NCBI GenBank assembly: GCA_030770535.1
Contig: JASVEC010000025.1
Span: forward strand, 744,001 to 798,264
Length of the DNA: 54,264 nucleotides
Source: Batkoa obscura
Lineage: Eukaryota
Direction of reading: 5' to 3'
In this document: in pieces, positions 40,310-50,940 of the stretch
How positions within the stretch are numbered: the first letter of the stretch is position 1
How the letters are laid out: each line of letters begins with the position of its first letter
Notes under the pieces: model-generated
Told to the model about the DNA's origin: nothing
Databases searched by the model: none
Seen by the model: only the letters and a program-made list of their open reading frames with translations
Position numbers and translations under genes: made by a program

Positions 40310-40805
40310 TGTGAAATATTGGTTTATCAGCTTTCGGATTAATTATAAGATAATAATCATTGAACTTGTTTACAAAACTAGTTGTAGTCTTGCAATCAAT
40401 TTGACCATGATCCATGTGGTGTAATCAATTCAGAGCTCCTTATTTAGATTTGCTGTGAGAATTTCTACCCTCTAACCATGAAGAGCTTGTTGTCCACATT
40501 TTAATGTCCATACTTGTTGGAGTATAAAAGAGATTCTTCAACATGATAACTCGAGGCTTTTTAATTGAATTATTCCCTGATATCGTACCATTAATAAAGC
40601 CATTAAGTCTTTCTGATAACGTCTCACGTAGATTTTACAGTTATATTGTCTATTCTATTTGTTTTACATAGTTCGTAACTTATTACGTATTATTCTTATT
40701 CATTTAAGTCTATCTTAGTTGTATAAACTAAGACCGTTCGACTCAAAGCAAGTTAATCAACCAAGAACTGCTTTTAACTACTACCACTGAGTACCAACTT
40801 TCACA
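40310..40805 (-). mobile_element. Solo-LTR-like element
   Basis: TGTGAAA...TTTCACA termini; homologous to the other copies. Confidence 0.75.
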
Positions 40806-40809
40806 TAGC

Positions 40810-41153
40810 TATGTAAAACAAATAGAATAGAAGATACTACTGTAAAATCTATGTAAGATATTGTTAGAAAGACTTAATGGCTTTATTAATGGTACGATAT
40901 CAGGGAATAATTCAATTAAAAAGCTTCGAGTTATCATGTTGAAAAATCTCTTTTATACTCCAACTAGGTGACTATATAAAGAACATAATAACATTTATTC
41001 CTTATTATAGTTGTCAAGTATGGACATTAAAACATGGACAATAAATTGTTTGCGATTAAGTCGTAACAATTCTCACAGGAAATTTATATAAGGAACTCTG
41101 AATTGATCATTATGTTATAATCAATCATAGAGCTAATGAAGCGATATTTCACA
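40810..41153 (+). mobile_element. 5'-truncated LTR-like copy abutting the previous copy in inverted orientation
   Basis: Starts at TATGTAAAACAAATAGAATAGAAG and ends GATATTTCACA. Confidence 0.7.
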
Positions 41154-41354
41154 CTTATTTGGGTTAATTAAAAAAATTGATTTTTCATGTTATATTGTTT
41201 ATAAATATTTTTAGCTTATAGTATAACTTAAAATAATCAATAATAATGCTATTTTTATGCTATATTTTGTTAATTTTTTGTATATTTTGTACATTTTTTT
41301 AGCAAGTTATTATAAACTTTTTTATTGATTTTTAGCTTTTTATAATTAACATAA

Positions 41355-41453
41355 GGGGATGTATTTTTTCGTTTAAGAAATTTACTAACAATCTTTGCAT
41401 TCAAATAGCGCTTAAAAAATGGAAAAAATAATGAAACCGAAAAAAACATCCCC
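41355..41453 (-). mobile_element. MITE copy 11
   Basis: Intact GGGGATGT...ACATCCCC termini with the non-palindromic TSD ATAA on both sides. Confidence 0.88.
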
Positions 41454-41705
41454 ATAAAGCAACTAAGCTTCAAAAGCACCAAATTTTATAATAATATTAT
41501 AATAAATATTTTATTTATATTATACAAAATATAATTTGAAACTTGGTAATTATCAGCTTTATTTAAAATTAAACAAATAAATGTTTTTTTGATTAAATTA
41601 TTTTAAAAATAATATATTATCAAACTATTATAAAAAAGCTAAACAAATGGAAATTAAAGCGGATTTCAACTTATGCTAGTACAAATAAATAAAATGAGGA
41701 TATTT

Positions 41706-42575
41706 TTAGGGATAGGGATAGGGATAGGGATAGGGATAGGGATAGGGATAGGGATAGGGATAGGGATAGGGATAGGGATAGGGATAGGGATAGGGATAGG
41801 GATAGGGATAGGGATAGGGATAGGGATAGGGATAGGGATAGGGATAGGGATAGGGATAGGGATAGGGATAGGGATAGGGATAGGGATAGGGATAGGGTTA
41901 GGGTTAGGGTTAGGGTTAGGGATAGGGTTAGGGTTAGGGTTAGGGTTAGGGTTAGGGTTAGGGTTAGGGTTAGGGTTAGGGTTAGGGTTAGGGTTAGGGT
42001 TAGGGTTAGGGTTAGGGTTAGGGTTAGGGTTAGGGTTAGGGTTAGGGTTAGGGTTAGGGTTAGGGTTAGGGTTAGGGTTAGGGTTAGGGTTAGGGTTAGG
42101 GTTAGGGTTAGGGTTAGGGTTAGGGTTAGGGTTAGGGTTAGGGTTAGGGTTAGGGTTAGGGTTAGGGTTAGGGTTAGGGTTAGGGTTAGGGTTAGGGTTA
42201 GGGTTAGGGTTAGGGTTAGGGTTAGGGTTAGGGTTAGGGTTAGGGTTAGGGTTAGGGTTAGGGTTAGGGTTAGGGTTAGGGTTAGGGTTAGGGTTAGGGT
42301 TAGGGTTAGGGTTAGGGTTAGGGTTAGGGTTAGGGTTAGGGTTAGGGTTAGGGTTAGGGTTAGGGTTAGGGTTAGGGTTAGGGTTAGGGTTAGGGTTAGG
42401 GTTAGGGTTAGGGTTAGGGTTAGGGTTAGGGTTAGGGTTAGGGTTAGGGTTAGGGTTAGGGTTAGGGTTAGGGTTAGGGTTAGGGTTAGGGTTAGGGTTA
42501 GGGTTAGGGTTAGGGTTAGGGTTAGGGTTAGGGTTAGGGTTAGGGTTAGGGTTAGGGTTAGGGTTAGGGTTAGGG
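41706..42575 (+). repeat. Telomeric array: TTAGGG x1, ATAGGG x31, TTAGGG x4, ATAGGG x1, TTAGGG x108
   Basis: Read directly: 145 hexamers, G-rich strand on +. Confidence 0.98.
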
Positions 42576-42576
42576 T

Positions 42577-43738
42577 AGAAGGAATTTAACTTTATCAATG
42601 GTTAAATAAAAAACACTACCCATAAAACACATCACTTCGCCCTAATTAGTTATTAATAAATAAATATGACTTATTTGTATAGTATTACGTTTATTTTTGA
42701 AGTTTTTACATTAAAATTTGGATTACTAAAATACTTTATTGCTTTCTTTCCCAATTCAATTACTTCAATATTCAACTTGTCAATAAGCAATTTTCCATCA
42801 AATCGTTAATAACAGTAGTTATGATAGCTAACTATAAAAAATCAATATAATAAATAAATGTCATGGGTTATTACATCTATAGGTAGATTGGAATTATTTG
42901 GTGTGTCTGTTATACAGTTAATATAAATATGAAAATATAAAAATAAAACCTAGGAGAGAATTGATTAATGTTAGGCATAGCATTAACTTGTTTTGTTTCA
43001 TAAACTATAAATTATACTTAATAAAGTTTAATGTTAATATAAAATTTTTTACCAATTTTATTTTAAGCATTGCTTGTTTGATAGCATCTTCATTTTGAAC
43101 ATTTCTGTCTAAGCTCGATCCCTAGTTAAATATAGTTATTACGTTTCAATTATAATTACAGATAGCAAACATTGAGGTTATTGAGTTCATTTAAGTAATC
43201 TTCAGCTAATTTTAAGTCATTAGAATCTATGAACAATAAAGTTAAAATGCACTAAAGTATTAACTAATTTTTTTACTTAGGTATTCTAATGAAATTTTAT
43301 AACAAAGCTCTGATAGGTATTTTTTATCTATTAAAGATAACAATTAAAAAAATATAAAAAAGTAAAATACATACCATGATATTTCCCAAGTTTAATTAAT
43401 TCATAACTAACCCTACGGGCTATAATATAAAGGTTTAATATATACCATATTAAAATATTACAATCACCATTTGTGAGGGCTAAATTATTAAATGATTCCA
43501 AACTTAAAATTTTGTTATTTTTATATTTGGTTGTAACATTCCATAAATCAACACCTAGATTTTCAATATCGTTTAGGTTAGGTTGATTCTCATTATCTTC
43601 AATATTAAAATGTTGAATATTATTATAGATAGAATCCAATTTATCATTAAACTCAATTGAAACTATTAAATGTGAACTTGAGTTAGGATTTTCAAATAAA
43701 TCAATAATTGATATTATTGATTCTATAAAACAAAACAT
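42577..43738 (-). CDS. Intron-rich gene, possibly the N-terminus of meiotic SPO22/ZIP4 (TEX11-like), apparently cut at the telomeric array
   Basis: IENLGVDLWNVTT resembles the SPO22 N-terminal LxxxGxxLWN motif. Several short exons with GT-AG borders continue to the array junction. Confidence 0.4.
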
Positions 43739-44661
43739 TAGTTTATTATATTAGTAACTGTATTAACCTTTAATTTTTATATATTGGTTCATTTTTTATA
43801 AATTTTGATAATAGTTTATTATTTCTATTTATTATATTTCTTTAAATGCCTTTTATTTAATGTATTTTATTATTTTATGAAATTTAATATTTATATGCGA
43901 GTCCTTTAGAAAGCAAATGCATTTTTTGCTAATGAAAGCGAAGATTTTAGTTTGAAAAAATGGTACTTTAGTACAATAAGCATCACATATTTTTAGGTTC
44001 TAAGTATATAGTATTTTATAGATTAAAATAGCATTAAATTTCGACTGAATTAAAATGAATAAAGTTAAGTTGCTAATATTGAAAGTGTTTTTTAATCTCA
44101 ATAAACTGAAGCTTCAAGTGGTTTATTGCTGAAGACAAGCTTTTAAATGAAAAACTGAATGATGAAAGTGAGATGCGTCAAGAAGGGGAATCATAAGATT
44201 GAAATTAGAATTTTAAGTTTATGCAATCTACTTGATTATATCAAGCTCAACCTTATTACAATATAAGTAAGTTTCTAATTGGCAACTATTTTTTAAATTC
44301 AAAAATGGGTTGAAACACCTCTAATAATCCATTAAAATTATTCTATCTTCGAAACAAGTGTTCCTTTATGAAATATAATCATAACTCAAATCTTTAAAAT
44401 CATACGGGGAATATTAAGCCACATTGTTGAGTTTCAATTATAAGTAGCAATATTGACATCTTATAGGCTGATTAGCCACTTGAACATAAAACCCTCAAAA
44501 CTTTAGAATATGGCAAAGCGTGACTTCGAAAATAAATTAGCATAATTTTTAATATTATTTATTATATCTTTAAGCCATATGCTTGTAAAAACCAAAAGAA
44601 GAATGGCCTAAAGATATAAAAGAAAGATAAACACCCTTTTTACTATTAAACTTATTACAAA

Positions 44662-45981
44662 ATGGAGCAGAAATTTGATTGTTTACCCTTTATGATATTA
44701 TATGAAATATTCAATCTAGTAAACCCAGAAGAATTATTTAACCTACGTCTTTTAAATAAATCATTATATAATATCATTGACATTGTTATCAAACGCAACT
44801 TAGCTTATTCAGTTTATAGCTCTAGTGTAGTTGGGAGATACAAACACCATCAACAAAAAATAATCAAAGAAAATAAGGCCATGATGAAGCATTTAAATAT
44901 ATACAATAATAATATTGACTATATTAATTATCACCCTAATATAACATCTATAGAATATTGTAAAAGTGGTTATATACTTAATAATGATAACCATATTACA
45001 ATTAAGTTACCAAGATTAAAAAGGTTAACTTTGACCTCTCTACATGGTAGTTGTTTACGCTTTTTACAAATATTTAGTAGTCATTTAAGCCAAATTGAAG
45101 CAATTGAAGTCAAGGGATATGAATGTAATAGTAATGAATTTATTCATTATTTCAGTCCAAACGCATTGAAATCCTTTAAAATACACTCTTATCGTGATTT
45201 AAATATTGATGGATTGGACATATTGAAGACAAAATTTCATAAATTGGAAAAACTACAATTTAAATCTGATTATTTTATTCATACTCCTAGTACCTTTAAT
45301 CCCAATATGAACTTTACATCTGGCTTAGAGTTAGAAATCGAGGGTCATTTTAACAAGGAGTTTAGTATTAAATATTTTGGTAATCTAGAAAAATTCAAAA
45401 GTATAAAGTTAATCGATAAATCAGAGAATTTCCTTGGAAATGAAAATAATCTAAAGTTAATCAGAAATATCAATATTGTTACTTTAGGTTACTTTGAATC
45501 AACTAGTCTAATTCGAGATTTGAGAAAATTAACAGTCTTAAAAGAGGTGTATGTGAGAGAATTGTCAAAAGAACTATTAAACTCAATTTCCTTGTTGTCA
45601 AGTATTCAAACGATTCATATTGATTCTATATATTCAGCCAATAAAGATATATTTAATAAATCAGATTTATGTGATAGTAATAAATCGAGATATGAACAAT
45701 ATTTAGCTAATGAAAATGATGTAATCAAAAACAAGTTTATAAAACAAATAACAGTTAATACTTTTAAAGCTTCGCTTGATGAAGTTATTAGTATAATATC
45801 TTTATTTCCAAACCTTCGGCTGATTAAAATTAGAAAATTTAATTTAAAGAGTATAGATAAAAAAATTAACTATAAACATGCTACTCCTTTATTACTTGTT
45901 GCTCCTATACCATACCATGCGAATATAGATTTTTGTAATGAATTTGGAAAAAATTCGATGTTTAATTGGTTAAAATTATAG
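44662..45981 (+). CDS. F-box / leucine-rich-repeat-like protein (intronless)
   Basis: N-terminal LPFMILYEIFNLV..LRLLNKSLY F-box-like motif; repeated LxxLxL segments (LPRLKRLTL, FPNLRLIKI). Confidence 0.75.
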   Translation: MEQKFDCLPFMILYEIFNLVNPEELFNLRLLNKSLYNIIDIVIKRNLAYSVYSSSVVGRYKHHQQKIIKENKAMMKHLNIYNNNIDYINYHPNITSIEYCKSGYILNNDNHITIKLPRLKRLTLTSLHGSCLRFLQIFSSHLSQIEAIEVKGYECNSNEFIHYFSPNALKSFKIHSYRDLNIDGLDILKTKFHKLEKLQFKSDYFIHTPSTFNPNMNFTSGLELEIEGHFNKEFSIKYFGNLEKFKSIKLIDKSENFLGNENNLKLIRNINIVTLGYFESTSLIRDLRKLTVLKEVYVRELSKELLNSISLLSSIQTIHIDSIYSANKDIFNKSDLCDSNKSRYEQYLANENDVIKNKFIKQITVNTFKASLDEVISIISLFPNLRLIKIRKFNLKSIDKKINYKHATPLLLVAPIPYHANIDFCNEFGKNSMFNWLKL

Positions 45982-48359
45982 ACTACTGTTAACTACTTTT
46001 TTTTAATATTAATAAAATAACTTTATATTTTAATTTCATTACTTACAAACCAATAGTAGTTTATAAAGAGAATTCGAGTTTAATATTAGTTAATACACAG
46101 TTATTGTCTATTCAATTTCTTATAAAATATCAAAACCAAAGTCATATACTGAACAGCTTGCACTCATATAGTCTAATAACTTTCAACAGCAAATAATATA
46201 TAAGTTTTAAAGGAGGAAAATTAAATGCTCTTTTTAATATTTTATACTTTTTTGGTATATTAAAAACTTGCAACAAAAATTTTAGGCTACTTTTGTCAAA
46301 ATACAAATGTTTCAATAACGCCTGTGTTAATAGCTACCAAGATATAAAAAATGAAAAAACTTAAGGATTTATTATTAATAGTCAATAAAGAGTCAAAAAT
46401 TATGGATTATTAAATGGAGCTTGACATCGAAACACGCAATTGTGCTTGTCCAACTTAAAGCTAAAGGGAAACAAAATGATGTCTATTACTTTCTTGTAAA
46501 ATTTCAGGATAGTACAAATAATGAAGTTTTTCCATGAGTATAATTCACAAAATGGGTGTTAAATCTGATTTTGAAGATATCAATGCTGCAGTATTCACAT
46601 TTGATAATGAGTAGGTAGTGGTTTTTTTGGTATAGTGTTAATTTATATCAAACAAATCATCGATTAAATTTAATTAAGTATACGTGCTAACCCTAACTTA
46701 ACCTTGTTAAAAGTACACAGGAAGTGTTTTTTAATTCTAAAAGTTACTTTTTTAATTGGAATAAAACTATCTAAAATAGAGATTTTTTTGCAGTGACAAG
46801 AAAACCACCTCTCCGGTTAGCATCCCCTACTTTCTTTTTCAACACTATATAGAGTCACTTAGTTAAAGTTACTGATTAATCTGATATTAATTACCCATAA
46901 ACTGTAGTTGTAAACTTATCAGGCGCAAGGCTATTTTCAACAATAGCTTTGAGATATGTAATAATTTGTCTTGCTAGAGATTGTACTAGAAAATCAGATG
47001 CCTCTATCCTTAAATTCTAACTTCAACAAAAGGCTTTGATACCACGTTTATATCGTGGATGTACATTAACATTTAGTTTAAATCCTATCAAGAAGACTTG
47101 AGTTCAATCAGAGGGGTATTTGGACTCAGAATTGGCTTGCGCGAGTTGTATAATTAAGTCTTTGACCTTAGAACGCTGAATGCTGCGGTTCCATTGAGCA
47201 TGAAAAATGTGATGGACAAGGATCTTTACATAGTTCAATTTTATGTATTACTGTTACTACTGCTCATGCTGTAGATTCGATTGCTTTCTTAATGTTTTTA
47301 CTAATTTCAAAACTCAGCGTGCTACTGCAGAAGGAGATAATGTTGTTTTGATGTAAACAACAGCCAAGCAATTACTTGCAGGTGTCAAACAAAAAAAATT
47401 AATTTCGTCCCTTTTCACAACCGTGGTATACCTCAAAACTAGGAAATTGATAATTTTGATAGTTTAGTACATATTGTGGATTTAAGATTTATAAATCGTA
47501 CTAAACAAATATATTTGAAGTTTGTATTACATGATCATATATTAATAGGTTGTTAGCTTGGTAAAATCACTACGTAAAAAGAAAGGAAGGAAACAACATC
47601 TACTGAATTTGGATGAAAGAAATACTAGAGCTTATCCAAGGGTTATCTCACACTTATCATGAATCCTTTAGTTTACAAGGATTTATGAGAGCTATTCAAG
47701 ATCAAAAGGTATCAAAGTAGTAAGTCAATGTGACCAGACTATTGTAATTAGAGCTAATATGTTTTAATTTAGATATGGACTAAAAGGACTATCTAAACTT
47801 TATATTTTTCTACTTTAGAAGCTAACTTCAGCTATATAACTAGTAATGAGTTTGTTATTCCTTCCAGTGCACGCCAGTTACCTCAATTATCAAAGCAATA
47901 AATAGAAATTGTTTCAAAGCAAACATTACCTATATAGATGGGCTTGCTATTCTAGATGATTTGATCCTTGCACCAATTACAAATGACTGGGAGATTTATA
48001 ATAGTGGAGGCTTTAAATGAGAATTTAATTTGAGAAAATTTAGATAGTAGATGTTATAGGCGCTGCTTATCTGCATCAAATAAAAACTACCAGCTCATAT
48101 ATTATATGCCAAAAGAGATTAAATATAAATTCTTGTCTTTGCGAAAGGCTTTTTTATTTTGAAAATTTAAACTAACCATTTCAAACAATTATATCGATAG
48201 TGCATAATACCTTTAAACATGCATTAATATAGGAAATGATAAATTCAAAATATCGACTATAAAGTAGATAACCTAGCAGGATGCTTAATATCATTTGTTC
48301 AAACTTATCTATCGCTCCAAGCTATAAAAGATTAAACAGTACTAAAAAATTAACTGAAA

Positions 48360-49780
48360 TCATACTCGTACGAATACTTTTCTATTAACCATAAGCTTAA
48401 CCATAAAGAAAAATAATGATTTAAATAAAGCAGAAGCAACTGCATACATTATAACTGGAACGTGATTATGCTTAGTTACGTCAGTGCTTGAAGCAGCTAA
48501 TGTTTCAGATGCAATAAGGGTACCAACCAAATCGGGAATTCCAGAGCCAAAACAAGGCAGTCCATTAGTACTAGCAATACCCTTCTACACCAAATAATTA
48601 GATTGTAACTACAGGCAATATTAAAATAAAGCCTTCATGAGCTATACAAAACAAAATGTTAAAAAGCAATAATATACCAAAGCTACGCCAAAATATCCAA
48701 ATAAAATAGTAGAAAAAGGAGGTAAGCGCAATGCAAAAAAAAACTTTTTATTAAGCAATCATCTAAACTATCTAACACAGTTTTTCCGAATATAAACCCA
48801 TCACTTGAGAATTCAATCAAGTTGAAGCCCTTTGATCCAGAAACATCAATGGATTAGGCGTATTTGCTCATAAGTAAGAATGGAACAAAGTGGCTAAAAG
48901 AATACAAGAAACCTCCAGATAATAAAGAAATAAACTTGCAACCTTTGAATCTATATAAATTAAACCAGGAATCGTTGCTTTTAGCTTTTACTCTCTCTTT
49001 TATGAAAAAGGCGGTTATAATCAATACAAAGATAGAAACTATGGCTTGAACTTTAAAAGCCCATCTAAAGTCTAGTTTATATAAAGCTATTTGAGTAACT
49101 GGAATTAATATTAAACCACCAATCCCAGAACCAACTACAGCAGTGCCATTAACTAAATTAACGTATTTTTTTAACTATTGGGATGGGGTACTAATAACTG
49201 ACACAAAGACAACAGTTCCTTTAATATCTACTAAAATACTCTGAGTTAAAAAAAGGTGCCGAACTTTCATACTAAAACAAGCTAACAACAAACCTAAAGT
49301 ACAGATCGCTGAACCAACAGATATAGAATTATAACACCTCACTTTATCAACTGGTTTTTCTGTGAATCCAGCTAATAAAGCTTGAGGTAGGGTACTTAAA
49401 GTAGACAAAGATGCCTTATGTTTAAATAAACCATCAGCATAATACTGAACAAACATATCACAGGTAAGAAATACACCTATAATAATAAATAAATTAAAGA
49501 AACTCACTGTTACAGCTATCTAGCTTTGCATCCCATCTAATTTTTGGTTCTCTATATTCTTGTCCGTTGTAGCATTGTTTGTCTCTTTTAAGAGTAACAA
49601 TCGAGTTGAGAGCTAAATTGTGATTTACACTTCTATCAACATCATACAGGGATGTTTTTTTGTCTCCATTACTTTTTCCATTTTTAGGCGCTATTTGAGT
49701 GGAAAAACTATTAGCAAAATTTTTAAACGAAAAAATGGATCCTCATATATAGTTATATTCTTTGTGTTGTCACTCAACAT
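48360..49780 (-). pseudogene. MFS monocarboxylate-transporter-like (Mch/SLC16) pseudogene with a MITE insertion
   Basis: LFLTQSIL..PSQ*LKK..NGTAVVGSGIGG..LDFRWAF; in-frame stops and frameshifts; start ATG at 49780. Confidence 0.75.
49648..49744 (+). mobile_element. MITE copy 12, inserted in the transporter coding sequence
   Basis: AGGGATGTTTTTT...GGATCCTC; flanks ATAC/ATAT. Confidence 0.85.
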
Positions 49781-50940
49781 TGAGTATTATTTTTATATAT
49801 ATCAACTAATTCGGACTTCCTACTCCAACTTTGTATAACTACTTTTATTTTACTTCACTCAAATAACTCATATTTGCAATTAGTAATATAATATATGATT
49901 TTAACAACTTTTCCTAAAGCTCAGAATATTTTAATATTTAAATTAAATTAAATAATAACTAAATAAATATAACATAGTGATATCATTAATTATTTGAATA
50001 TAGTTAAAGGAAAAATAATATCGTATATAACTTATGTTTGTTCTTAAAATTAAGTAGATATAGCCATTTCGCAAATAAATAAATTAATGGGTATAAATTT
50101 TGCACGGATTAGTTTATACATAAAAAACAGGCAAATATCACTTGCAATGTAAAACTTCTGTACTGTTTGCGCTTGGTGATTGTTCCCATAAGAATGTTCA
50201 AGTGATAGGTGCTTTAATATGATGAAACAAATGCTGCAATCCTAAGGTATAATTAATGACATGAGAATTTTTATCTTATTATCAAAGTATAGAAGAGTTA
50301 CAATAGTCAAAAAGCATACCTTTATATACAATAGCTATCTTAGAATATGAAATGGTTGTATGTTACATAGTATTTGTATAATCAGTATATAATTCAGATA
50401 TTGGAGGCTGAGTAGAATTTTTATAAAATTGAATGAACATACCTCGATATATTTGATTGAAAAACTCTGGCTAGCGTAAAGATATATTTTTATATCTAAT
50501 GATTTATGATGGCATTAGCTGTATTTCAATAACTTATTGATACTTTTTAAAAGCTTTTTTAATAAAAGTATGATTATGATCAGCCCAACATCGATCAAAT
50601 TTAAAAAATAATAATAATATAACTATAAGACAAATACTGTAATTAAATAAAAGGTCAATTAAAAAGGTAAGGATTTTACCATAATAAAGATGCTATGCGT
50701 TTGGTTTTATAAGGTGTTCTTATTTGCTTTGATAAAATAAATATTGGAATATTTTAGTTACATTCATAATTATATACTCAAATCGCTTAGATGCTTTTTA
50801 ATTCTTAAAAACTATTAATTCAATATCTAAAAAGATTAACATTATAATATATGTATTATAACCATGTTTTCATAAGAATCCAATTTTAAAAAAATTAGTG
50901 ATAAATTAAGCAAAGATAAAATATAAGATAGTTTATTGAA

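Noticed and set aside
41666..42598. ORFs of 301 aa (IG/LG repeats) and 310 aa (PN/PI repeats) spanning the telomeric array
   Set aside because: These frames of the hexamers have no stop codons, so long ORFs are automatic. There is no independent evidence of coding.
2188..49838. Family of short similar ORFs (FFxxSLFFPFFKRYL..) at 2188, 3788, 7246, 41270 and 49620
   Set aside because: They are translations of MITE copies with inconsistent starts and frames.
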